DNA of 63,639 bases, filler included, from Octopus bimaculoides (taxonomy: Eukaryota), in the NCBI RefSeq assembly GCF_001194135.2. It is 8 parts of 6 records of this genome, joined end to end, with 100 filler letters (N's around TTAATTAATTAA, not from the genome) between each part and the next. Parts side by side here need not be neighbours in the genome. Positions count along the whole stretch, not along the records: positions 37,460 to 40,030 come from NC_068988.1; positions 40,131 to 60,942 come from NC_068995.1; 6 more parts are not named here. One strand, written 5' to 3'. Shown one piece after another: positions 37,460 through 48,386 of this stretch. The position numbers and the translations under genes are program-made. The stretch's first letter is position 1. Each line of letters opens with the position of its first letter. The notes under the pieces were generated by a model, which was not told the origin of the DNA, did not search any database, and saw nothing but the letters and a program-made list of their open reading frames with translations.

Positions 37460-37755
37460 AATATTTGAGAGACCTGCAAGACACGGATGTGGCGGTCTTC
37501 AAGACAAAACTCGACGCTTTGCTCTCCACGATACCAGACGAACCAATGGCTCGAAATGAGACACAGTTTAGGGCAGCGATGTCAAGTTCTCTTATACACC
37601 AGATGTGCCATCAAAACTCTTGCTTGGACTATATCAGGTGCAGGAGAAGAGCCATGCAAGGAACGTGAAGAGAGCAAAGCATAAAGACAGAAAATCACGG
37701 TGGTGCTCCAGCATGACCACAGCCACTTGGCTGAAACCCATAAATAAATAAATAA
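37460..37755 (+). mobile_element. 3' end of CR1/L2-superfamily-type LINE with stem-loop tail and (TAAA)n
   Basis: YLRDLQDTDVAVFKTKLDALLSTIPDEP...AAMSSSLIHQ resembles the FK.KLD..L.T.PDEP C-terminus. Tail GGTGCTCCAGCATGACCACAGCCACTTGGCTGAAAC, then ATAAATAAATAA. Confidence 0.75.
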
Positions 37756-38677
37756 TTTATATATATATGCTTGTGTGTATGCGTGTTACGTATTTGTATG
37801 TGTGAATACACACACACACACAAACACACAGACACACACAAACACACACACACACACATTTATAGATATATTCTCACTTAGTTATAGAAATACGTAAAGT
37901 TGCTTTGAACAAAGTGTCTGAAGAACAATTTTTGAGTTGTATTCTTAGAACAACCGAAAAAATTCGTGTCGACGTTGTAGCCCAATGCGTATTGAAAAAT
38001 GCATTTACAGAATCAGTGATGGGACATTCCATTTAGAAAATATGATTTGACACTCGATAAAAATCTGCATTATTGGCATATAACCCATAAACCAACTGTC
38101 AAAATCTCACAATTTTCGTATCAGCTGAGACTTGACGTCGTCCATATAAGCGTTCGAAGACGATTCACTTTTACAACCAGCATAATACTTGCATTTCACG
38201 ATGCTTCTGTTCTGGAAAGAGAATTATCTGGCAAATATCCTATATTGTGGCAAATGAAATAAAATAAGATAAAAGGTAATAAAACTAAAAGAAACCGCTA
38301 CAGTAACGACAGTAGTAAAATGAAGCAAACGAAGAAAATAAAGTACGTCCTATATAAATGTGTCGCCATGCCATAGATATATTGAAATATCATAGACAAT
38401 ATATAACTGGATGCTTCCTTGGTAGTAGTGATATCTCACATACTGGCACAAGGCCAAGCATGCTGTAGGGTGAATATAATCGATTGAAACTACTTTACTA
38501 CTTAATAGTTCTTTTATCTAATCGATCCACGAAGAAGACAAGGCTAAATTCACCTCAGTGGGATTTGAAGCTAGGACGTAAAGCGTAGGAACTAAACATT
38601 CCAAGTTCTTTTATGGCTGATGTTTTAACGATCCATCGTCTACGTTTCCATGGTGATATTCATTGCTTTTTTTATCT

Positions 38678-38895
38678 GTTATCTTTTACTTGCTTCTGTC
38701 ATGGGGCTACGGACATGCTGTCGCACTGCCATGAAGGGTTTAGTAGAACAAATCGATCCCAGTACTTATAGTTTTTTCTATAGCTTGGTATATACTCTCT
38801 GTAGAAGCCGTAGATAATGAGCACGTAAACAAATCAACACTCGTTGTCAAACGGTGGTGGAGGACAAACACAAAGACACAATGACACATACACAA
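38678..38895 (-). mobile_element. SINE family B 3' half, diverged
   Basis: GAACAAATCGATCCCAGTACTTA...GTTGTCAAACGGTGGTGGAGGACAAACAC. Confidence 0.75.
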
Positions 38896-38919
38896 TACCC
38901 ATTACACACACACACACAC

Positions 38920-39138
38920 GGCGAACTGGCAGAAAAGTTAGCACGCCGGGCGAAATGCTTAGCGGTATTTCGTCTGCCGCTACGTTCTGAGTTCAAATTC
39001 CGCCGAGGTCGACTTTGCCTTTCATCCTTTCGGGGTCGATCAAATAAGTACCAGTTACGCACTGCGGTCGGTATAATCGACTTAATCCGTTTGTCTGTCC
39101 TTGTTTGTCCCGTCTGTGTGTAGCCTCTTGTGGGTAGT
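38920..39138 (+). mobile_element. Young-looking SINE family A copy
   Basis: GGCGAACTGGCAGAAAAGTTAGCACGCCGGGCGAAATGCTTAGCGG...GTTCTGAGTTCAAATTCCGCCGAGGTCGACTTTGCCTTTCATCCTTTCGGGGTCGAT. Confidence 0.92.
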
Positions 39139-39530
39139 NNNNNNNNNNCGTTCTGAGTTCAAATTCCGCCGAGGTCGACTTTGCCTTTCATCCTTTCGGG
39201 GTCGATCAAATAAGTACCAGTTACGCACTGCGGTCGGTATAATCGACTTAATCCGTTTGTCTGTCCTTGTTTGTCCCGTCTGTGTGTAGCCTCTTGTGGG
39301 TAGTAAAGAAATAACACACACACACACACACACACATACACACACACACACACACACACGCACACACACACAAACACACACACACAGATGTGGATGTATC
39401 AGTATCAGGTTTCTCTGTGAGTGTAGGACTCAAAACATAGTCCTAAATATTAAAACACAATGAATCGCCATGATCGACCGCTAGCCACTAAAGCTTTTTT
39501 AATATTCTCATTCTCTTTATGTTCTTGTGT

Positions 39531-39570
39531 TCCTTGCTGTTGAAGGGCTTAGGCTCTAAACGTAAAAGAC
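39531..39570 (+). ncRNA. Decayed variant-core hammerhead-like motif
   Basis: TCCTTG-CTGTTGA-A-GGGC TTAG GCTC-TAAA-C-GTA-AAAG. G12 is mutated to T, so it is probably inactive. The downstream AACTAATACACCTG is shared with the 32.7 kb copy and partly with the 5.4 kb copy. Confidence 0.55.
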
Positions 39571-39779
39571 ATTCTCACCTTCCCGGGCGTTGAACTAATA
39601 CACCTGTTTGTTGTTTATACAACTGTCTTCGTCTTTTGATTTTTGTAAATTCCAACTATATATATATATATATATATAGATATGCAGGGCAGGGAATCGT
39701 CAATTAGTAATAAAATTAATAATTAACAATTTTGCCGGGTAGCTCAGTATGAAAAAACCTTTTTCGGTAAAAAACATTT

Positions 39780-40030
39780 ATAATCATAAATATATAGGGA
39801 TTGACAGTAACCTGCTTCTCCAACATACTGAGAATTCAGAAATAGCAGTCAAAGAACTACTGATTTCAAAACTACAAATTATTACTCTAGATTGATAGCG
39901 ATATTTTTGATACACACAGAACAAAAAACAGTAGAGAAGAGTAAAAAAACACTTGCCTTTAGTTAATTTAGTACGATCGTTTCACAGTTAAGAGTAAATA
40001 ATACTCTATTCTGATCTTCAGCTAAATATT
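39780..40030 (-). mobile_element. Hammerhead-bearing short repeat homologous to 30180-30425
   Basis: Sequence similarity as described for 30180; it ends at a gap 3 nt beyond HHR stem I. Confidence 0.8.
39966..40027 (-). ncRNA. Minimal type I hammerhead ribozyme, intact core
   Basis: Minus strand: ATTTAG-CTGAAGA-T-CAG AAT AGAGTA TTATT TACTCT TAA CTG-T-GAAA-C GATC GTA-CTAAAT. Stem I is a perfect 6 bp; stem III is the perfect palindrome ACGATCGT. Confidence 0.85.
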
Positions 40031-40218
40031 NNNNNNNNNNNNNNNNNNNNNNNNNNNNNNNNNNNNNNNNNNNNTTAATTAATTAANNNNNNNNNNNNNN
40101 NNNNNNNNNNNNNNNNNNNNNNNNNNNNNNATATATATATATATATATATATACGTACACACTTGTATATATATAATATATATGTATATATGTGTATATA
40201 TATATATATATATATACA

Positions 40219-40249
<31 letters not shown>

Positions 40250-40480
40250 CGTTTGCAGAAGACACAAACCCGGAGGAGAAGCACACTCTAATACACACAC
40301 AAATACATGCATAACACGTAGTCCTAATTATATATAGATATATATGTGTATATCTATGTATATATAATATGTGTGTATATATATACATATGTATGTATAT
40401 GTGTATGTCTATGTGTGTATGTATATATATATATATACTTATGTATATGTGTATACCTATGCGTATGTATGTATATATTA

Positions 40481-40543
<63 letters not shown>

Positions 40544-41044
40544 ACACACAAAACACACACCCACACTCGCACATTGTCTGTTTGCCCGTCTGTCTGTCCC
40601 TCTCTCTCTCTCTCTCTGTCTCTCTCTCTTTCTCTTGCACTGAGTTTCTGACCCAATATAGACTGTACAGAGAATTTAGAACGAGTATGTTTAACAGGGT
40701 TAAATTTGAAATCATCGTGTGTTGATTTCATAAGGCAGAACAAGCAGAGGTGCAATACATGACGACAGGAGAAAGAGAGAGGGAGGGGTGAAACAAATAG
40801 AGAGAGAGAGACAGAGAGAAGTAAATAGTGGGAGAAAAGGCTGGAAGGGGAGACAGAGAAAGAGCAAGAGAAAAGAATGAGTGAGGGAAAGAAAGAAAAT
40901 TAGAGACTGTGAGAAAGTAAAAGAATTTGTAGAAATATATACAAAGATGTATACACACACGCATGCAAATGCACACGCGCGGGTGCGCACGCATATATAA
41001 AGCTATTAACAGAATTATAGTTAACCAAAATACACACACAGAGT

Positions 41045-41077
<33 letters not shown>

Positions 41078-41249
41078 GCACGCACGCACACACACATACA
41101 CACAAACGCCTGCACACGCGCGCGTTTCACTTCTTGGAGTTTAACCAAATGGCTGAATAATATCTCTGTTAGAGTTATCAATTAGTAACCATAACTTATT
41201 CAGACGATCAAAAACACTCATGTTTAGCCATGACAGTAGCACTTTTCAC

Positions 41250-41910
41250 AAATAGCGGCCGCTTAGAGGAAATCAAATAGATTTACGACTCCACCCTCCC
41301 ATCTAATAACAGCCTCGACATTATTAACTGGTTCACACTCTAATACTCCATTGCTAAAAGTTTCTTGGCACAAGTAGACAAACACTTTCCTACACATCAC
41401 TGAAACGAGAAAATTTTAAACAGAAACTCATTATAACTTATTGCAATTGCTATATACATAACACCGAGATCAACGGAAATAAAATGTACATGTAAAGGCA
41501 CTGAAGCATGCCCAGTCAATTAGTCTTGCATCGTCAAAACAAATGTGTGCAACGAAACATAGTTCTAGTAATTCATACGCATCAGGTGATATTAAACAAT
41601 AACATAGGAGTGGGAGAGAGAACATTCAAGCAACGATACGCCAACCGCAATGCTTTCTTCTGGGCATATTGCTCAGAAGGTTGCATCCTTTGTTTAGTTA
41701 CACCTGGCACTCGAAAGAGTATAACATTGGCTCTCTCATAAAGCAGCAAATACAAGAGTGAGGCAGATCATACACAGTAGCTTAAGACGATACCTATGTA
41801 CATCCGAGAACGTTATACGGAACAACCATAAAGGCTAACAAAATTATTTAAATACTAGAACAAATTTTTTTGGTAGATGTCTCAAAGAATTTTGCAAACC
41901 AAATACAAAA
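41250..41910 (+). pseudogene. Degenerate Penelope-like element ORF C-terminus (GIY-YIG)
   Basis: INWFTL, AKSFLAQVDKHFPTHH*NEKILNRN, KCTCKGTEACPVN*SCIV, NIGVGERTFKQRYANR, NYLNTRTNFFGRC. These match PLE motifs IIWFNPP, DKHFP...IFNRN, CNC...CPL..KC and YIG..E.TFK.RY. Confidence 0.8.
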
Positions 41911-42089
41911 ACGATGTTGAAATTTTAGCTTCTTGAAAATGATCACAGCTGACTGCTACAGCTATACCTCTCGACACCTGTTATCATCAGACATCAAACT
42001 GCCCAAATACGTAACCCTTTTCACCACATTTAGAGGGTGGTACCTAGTCATGATGGTCGGTCATTCGACCACCATGCTAGAGTCTCTGA

Positions 42090-42123
<34 letters not shown>

Positions 42124-42176
42124 CCGTGCGTGTGTGTGTTTGCACGCGCGTGCGTGTATATATATATATATATATA

Positions 42177-42660
42177 CAGGGTACGGTGAATAAACTGACG
42201 TCAAAATTACGCAAAGATGAAAATAAAACTGATATCTCAGACTCAACACGGAGGTCTACATCAAGTGCCTGGGAGAGGTAGTGCTGCCCTGGGTCAACAG
42301 GGTAGCTGCTGGAAGGCCTTATGTCTAGCAACAGGACTCTGCACCATGCCATGCAAGCAGGAGAACTTAGTCATAGCTGTCAGACAGTTTCTGCGACCAT
42401 ATTACCCCTAACATCTGGCCACCTAATTCCCCAGACTGCAAACCCCTTGATTATTATGTGTGTTGCGCAGTTGAGCGAGAGACCAACAAAACTCCTTGTA
42501 ACACCAAAGATGAACTGAAGGCAAGGATTATGGCAGCATTCATCAACTTCTACTATGAAACTGTCTAGAAAAGTTGCAGGAGATTCCGATGTCGTCTGGA
42601 GGCCGTGGTTGAAGCCAATGACGATTTTATTGAATAAATTTACTCTTTAGTATTTCAAGA
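42177..42660 (+). mobile_element. Internally deleted DD37D (maT) mariner element
   Basis: TA followed by CAGGGT left end at 42177. 42242-42637 encodes LNTEVYIKCLGEVVLPW...QQDSAPCH...WPPNSPDCKPLDYY...RLEAVVEANDDFIE*, with 37 residues between the second and third Asp and several stops. Confidence 0.9.
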
Positions 42661-42878
42661 TATTTTTTATGGATTTATAATACTGTACACTTCGATTAAT
42701 ATATATATATATATCTATATATATCTATATATATATATTTATATAAATGAACAATTTCTACATAAAGCGAAAAAATATTAGAATCAGTTTGAGACAGAAA
42801 ATAGAAACAAGTTCTTTGATGTGGGAAATCGAAACGACGGATCACACACTCACTGATTATTCAATAGCATCACCTCTC

Positions 42879-42972
<94 letters not shown>

Positions 42973-43569
42973 TCTCTCTCCCTTTCTCTGCCATTGTGTG
43001 CTTAAATCTATTTTTCTACCGTTCTATTAACAGTTCCATTTTTAATTCAATGTGCTCTGTCCTTGAGCAAAACACTTTATTTGATGCTGTTCCAGTCCAG
43101 ACAGCTCAAATGAGTATGTGGCAATTGCTAGTACAGCTCTCTCTTCCTTCAAGAGTTAAGGGGTGAGAGGGCCGAAAGGACATCTACATCTTCGGGCTAC
43201 TACAATAAACAAAAGCATAGTTCACGATGCCACGTTATACTCGCTTGCAAGTGACGACTGGGTTTTTACATACATCATAGCTATAACTCGATTTCGATTA
43301 ATGCTATCACTTGTCCTCTTAAAGCAGCTAGGATGTAGCTTTTCAGTCCTGCTAGCAACCGGCATACACGCTTTTGTACATGTACAGCAATGATGGGTGT
43401 CTCTTGTAGCAAGTGTTCAGAGAGCTTACCATGCATGCTGGCACATACGTTAATTCTTTCATGCAACACATAATAATAAGGATGCTAAACATCAAGCGAT
43501 GCCTTTGCCTGACGTGAGAAAAGGTACAAGACGTTCACACGAGATTGAACATGCATATAGTTTTGCCAA

Positions 43570-43828
43570 TTATATTTGGGGGCATATTTCAAATGTCTTC
43601 GTTCTTTTCATTTGTTTTGCTTGCTTACGTTCTGGCGTTTGCTGAATTTTCTTGAGAACAATCTCTTCTTAGTAGTCAGACCATAGGGGTCTACTTCTAG
43701 CATATTGGATGTCCACTTAGTGGTCATCCCTCTTATATGTATGTAATATAATTTTTCTGAATCTTCAGATTTTTTCAATATGCTAGGTTTTAAATTGATA
43801 TTAATCAAATTAATATTCAATTTTTTTA
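43570..43828. mobile_element. Repeat related to 35423-35812 (pLTR-like modules)
   Basis: Shared modules in rearranged order and orientation. Confidence 0.7.
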
Positions 43829-43881
43829 CATACACACAAACTTATATATATAATGTGATGTAATCTTAGGACTGAAAATGT

Positions 43882-43984
43882 TTGCGGCTGAAGATAGCTT
43901 TAAACCATCCTTTCTATCAATTATATACTCATATAATGATACAACGACAGTTTGTGTATAAAGCTTGAAACACGGGTACCGCGA
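43882..43984 (+). ncRNA. Minimal type I hammerhead ribozyme, intact core, long stem II loop
   Basis: TTGCGG-CTGAAGA(43888-94)-T-AGCTTTA...TAAAGCT-T-GAAA(43967-70)-C ACGG GTA-CCGCGA. Stem I is 6 bp and stem II is a perfect 7 bp. Confidence 0.82.
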
Positions 43985-44034
43985 TTTCCCTTGTGTTCTG
44001 TTTTCATTTTACGTTTTAATATATATATAACGAT

Positions 44035-44145
44035 GAATTTCTTTCAGTTTCCGTCTACCAAATCGTCTCATAAGGCTTTAGTCAGCCCGATGCTACAGTA
44101 GAAGACACTTGTTCAAGTGTCACGCATTGGGACTAAACCCGGGGA
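44035..44145 (-). mobile_element. SINE family B 5' part
   Basis: TTTCAGTTTCCGTCTACCAAATC...TAGAAGACACTTG...GGGACTAAACCCGG. Confidence 0.8.
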
Positions 44146-45303
44146 CTGAAGATTTTGTTAGGCGAGACTCTTGCTTAAGGTGCTGCACAGTAAAATCGAA
44201 CTTGAAACTTCATTGTTACGTAGCAAACTTTTTAACCCAACAGCCATATGGAAGTAACAAACACTATTTTCACGTCTTTCTTTTTTCTCTCTAATTATCA
44301 ATATAGAAATTAGTAAAGCTGCACAGCTAGCTGTTATTGTTTAGATCTAAGTACCCGTTAAGTTGAGAGACCACATCCATGGGGCTGAACATAACGAGTT
44401 GTTGACGTTAGGCTTAAACCTTTCGGCCATGTTTTTCGTAACTTCCTCTGTAAGCAGTTACAATTTTGTTTGAGAACGAGGAGTACCGCACACGTAATAT
44501 CGAGGCTCCCTTCTCGATCCATTACATGACACGTCGATATTCCTCATGCGTTCTACCCCAAATCTGTTCCATAGTTTTATGTGACTGTGCATTGGGTGGT
44601 AATTCCGTTAGCTCTAACACAATGCGACAACATGGCCACGCAATAAATGCAATCAGTACAATGTTTTAAGACTGAGAGTGAAGGAGAGAAGGTGATGGTG
44701 GTAGTAGTGGTAGTGGTGGTAGTGATAGAGAACAGAAAGTATGTGTGAGGGAGGGAGAAACGGGTAAACATGCTGACAAGCTGAACATTTATTCTTGTTG
44801 CTCGTCTGTCGGGTGTTAATTAATTAGTTAAGTGGATCTAAACTGCCGCCATTAACCTCTTTACGATGTTAATAAATAATACCTTATGTATTAATGAAAA
44901 AATAAATAAATAAAAAAATAAACGAAAAACCAAACCAAAACAAAAAGCAACAGCCAAACAACAACAGTATCAACAGCCAAAAAAACACCCCAATGTTTGG
45001 AATCTATGGAGTCTATTAATGATTAATCAATATTATCAATCATTAAACCCGACTCGTACATTGATGAGAAATACGTCAACAGCAGAAATATGTGTACTGG
45101 ATCAGGTCTTAATTGACTGATGATACGTTTGTTCTGATTGCCGATGGCGACATAGGCACGGCTTTGTAATAACCACGTAAGTGCGGGTTCGATCAAGCTG
45201 CGTCTTAGGAACATGACAAGGCTACAGGTCAGTTTCTAAGTGAAATTTTGAAGAGGGAAACTGTGTTGAAGCCCATTAGATCTACCTAAACACACACACA
45301 TAC

Positions 45304-45373
<70 letters not shown>

Positions 45374-45880
45374 ACTTATAATAGTTAACTCGGTGCGCCG
45401 TGCAAAAATACTTGTAGAGTTTCGCTTCTTTTTTTGTTGTCTTTCTATCGATTGTTCAATGAGAACAGAAGGAGTAGCAGCTTTGACTGTTTCTAGAATC
45501 TCTGAAAGTGGCGAGAAGCGGAAGTTACCTTCCGACTAAAGATCCTGTCTCAATGCTTATAACAGATTGGGTCTACTAAATCTCCCCCAACGACAAAATG
45601 GTGGTGGTGATAGTGGTGGCAATATACAACCATGTCATACATTAATCTTACCTACCATCGATTAAACTAAGTAGTACAAAACATATAGTAATGGGTTTGT
45701 TATATTCGATTAAAACCCTTGAAGGTGCCCCAGCTCGGTCCCAATCTAATCATTGAAATCAGTGTAAAGCTTTTATGACATTGTACCTCACTATTATCAT
45801 TCATTATTTATTCTGCATCATATTTCATTGGAATTTAACAGTTTAAATGTCAAGTGAGCTTACGACTTTATTTTCCTTTT

Positions 45881-46474
45881 TTTTTATATCATTTGTAGAG
45901 TCTTGGATGATTTACATAACATGGATCAACTTGCCATGCTTTAATTTGTTTTAGTCCCTTTTTTTTATGTGTAGTCGGTTGTTTTACTTAATTTTCTTTC
46001 AATGAATTGTCCCATTCCATTTCCCCTTGTTTCTCGTTTCCATTTCGCTAAGAAAATATATTAATTTTATGGATGACATTTCCACACAATTATATATATT
46101 TTGGAATAGCATTCACTGAGGTGTGACTCTATTTAGAACAAACCTAGTCTCCTTCGATGACTGTTTTTGAATACACTAGTTCGTTGATATATTGGGAGAG
46201 GGGGTTTGTTTCCGTAAACAGAATCTCTTTCAAGTCTCTGTAACATATATTCCTTTGCAAAGTTTGAGTTCCCCTTGGGCACGTGATAATGTTCACCCAC
46301 GTTAATCGATTACGGTCTCTTCTTTCCTTATTGCTTTTTTTTATATCACTTATGAAGTCTTAGATGATTTACATAACATGGATCAACTTGCCCTGCTTTA
46401 ATTCGTTTCAGTCACTGTTTTTATAGGTAGTCGGTTGTTTTACTTAATTTTCTTTCAATGAATTGTCCCATTCC
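45881..46474 (+). repeat. Pair of about 137-bp direct repeats (45881-46018 and 46338-46474)
   Basis: Both contain GATGATTTACATAACATGGATCAACTTGCC...GTAGTCGGTTGTTTTACTTAATTTTCTTTCAATGAATTGTCCCATTCC. Confidence 0.9.
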
Positions 46475-46986
46475 GTTTTATGAGAAATTGTTATTAGTTA
46501 TTACAAATAGAGCTTACATTAATTATTTCCTCTATAACTCATGCGTGTTTTTATAGGGCACGATTGTATGAAATATATGGTGTTGATGTAAATAGGAATA
46601 TAACATATCAACGTATAATGTTCATCAATCTAACGATCTCTTTTGAGTTCTAATTTTAGATCTCTTTTAATTTGGTTTAATCTTAGACGGCATTGACCTT
46701 TTCAGAGGACACGCTTCTAAACCATATGTTACATTACTTTTGTATTGAGCTCACGTTAAACTCGCATTATGAAATTCCTGGTGTACACATCATGACCTTA
46801 ACCTAAAGCGTTTTTGTTATTGAATGATTTATTCCTAGAATATTTCATCTGTTTTTTAATTAACATAGATTTAAGTTTAAGTTCATGGGTTTCGTCCTGT
46901 CATTTTATCCCGATTGCTTTTTTCTGCCTTACGTGTGTTATTCAAGCACCATATTTCATGTGCCATGTCACTATGTAATACATATA

Positions 46987-47785
46987 CAGGGTATTCCGGC
47001 TAAATTTGACGATATATTATGTCTCTTTTTTTCAGGAACAGCTTGAAGTACTGGTAAACAAGTCAACGGTGTTGGAGTGTATAAAGATTGAAGTTGTAGT
47101 TGAGAAAAAGTTAGCTGATATGAGGGGCTGGAAACCATCTGAATATTGGAAAAGCGTACCTGTATCATGATGATTCGCGCCGACATCATGATTGCTGCTC
47201 AATACTCTGTGAACACTGTAAAGGCTGTATGTTGTAACACGGACTTCTGCAACGAAGTCTACGTCTGCACACCAAAATTCACCACCGTATCTTTGAACAC
47301 GGCCTCAGGCTGAATTCAAATGGCTATGTGAAGCTACTGGAGACTATGGTCAATCTCTGACCGGAGAGGGTTGCTGCTGGAAGGTCGTATGTGTAGCAGG
47401 AGGGTTCAGCTCTTTGCCATGTCTGTGAAAGGTGTCAGAAGTAGTTGGAGAATTTCAACGACTTCACCAGCCCCAATTTCTGGCTTTCTGATTCCTCCGA
47501 TTGTAATACCACGGATTACTGTGGGGTGCACTTGAGAAAGACACTAACCGCTCTGCTTGTAACACCAAGGCCAAGCTAGTGGCCAAGACAGGTGGCCAAG
47601 AGCAGACAGGTGGCCAAGAGCAGACAGGTGGCCAAGAGCAGACAAGTGGCCAAGAGCAGACAGGTGGCCAAGAGCAGACAGGTGTTTGAAAATCTTCTCG
47701 GGGACATAATGGGAAACACATGAGTCATGTTCCAGACTTGTCTTGAGGACATGGTGGAAGCTGAAGTCGGCTACTTTGAGAAAAC
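46987..47785 (+). mobile_element. Degenerate DD37D (maT) mariner element
   Basis: TA followed by CAGGGT left end; GLRLNSNGYVKLLETMV, RVAAGRSYV*QEGSALCH, FTSPNFW...DCNTTDY, ACNTKAKLVAK. Confidence 0.8.
47591..47680 (+). repeat. 18-bp tandem repeat GGTGGCCAAGAGCAGACA x5 inside the mariner relic
   Basis: Units start at 47591, 47609, 47627, 47645 and 47663, with no spacers. Confidence 0.95.
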
Positions 47786-47938
47786 TCAGAGGAATCTCCC
47801 AGCCATAATCTAGTTGATATTTGTTTGATTTTAAAAAAAAGTACTTTTATTTTTATTGAACCTTGAGAGGGGCATCATGCTGGTAATGATAAACACACGC
47901 ACTGGTTCGGTACTTTATTATTATTGTTGGTTAATTGC

Positions 47939-48005
47939 TAGTTACTCCACTAACAAATTTATCGATCAACCGTTCTGATCGATAAATTTGTTAGTGTAGT
48001 AACTA
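47939..48005. other. 67-nt hairpin: 30-bp stem with one mismatch, 7-nt loop
   Basis: TAGTTACTCCACTAACAAATTTATCGATCA-ACCGTTC-TGATCGATAAATTTGTTAGTGTAGTAACTA. Confidence 0.92.
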
Positions 48006-48355
48006 ACCCATTTACTATCAGTAACAATAAAGGACCGAATCAGTGAATGTGTTTGTTATTACCGGCGTAATGCCTCTCCCAAGGTTCAATAGTGTTTCTT
48101 TCAACACACGAATTCACATCAAGAATCTTGCAAACCAAATACAAGTACGAACTTTTATTTTTGCTTGGAATATAGTCTTTTTTTCTTTTCGTGCGAACTG
48201 TCAAATTTAGTCAGAACACTTTCTAATACGTACTTACAGGAATTTAGTGATTTTTCTTTATACTTGTTGAATAACTTGTTCACAAGTGTTCGAAATTCCA
48301 CTGTGTATGTATGTGTGTATACATGTGAGTGTGTGTTCATGTGTGTGTGTGTGCA

Positions 48356-48386
<31 letters not shown>

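Noticed and set aside
38983-39304. Exact 156-bp tandem duplication of a SINE across a 10-N gap
   Set aside because: Identical sequence on either side of a minimal gap is an unmerged contig overlap.
46600-46900. Possible RTE-like C-terminal remnant on the minus strand (KGQCRLRLNQIKRDLK)
   Set aside because: Only one weak motif among many stops; insufficient to annotate.
47591-47680. 18-bp array as possible CRISPR
   Set aside because: Head-to-tail units with no spacers, eukaryotic context, inside a mariner relic.
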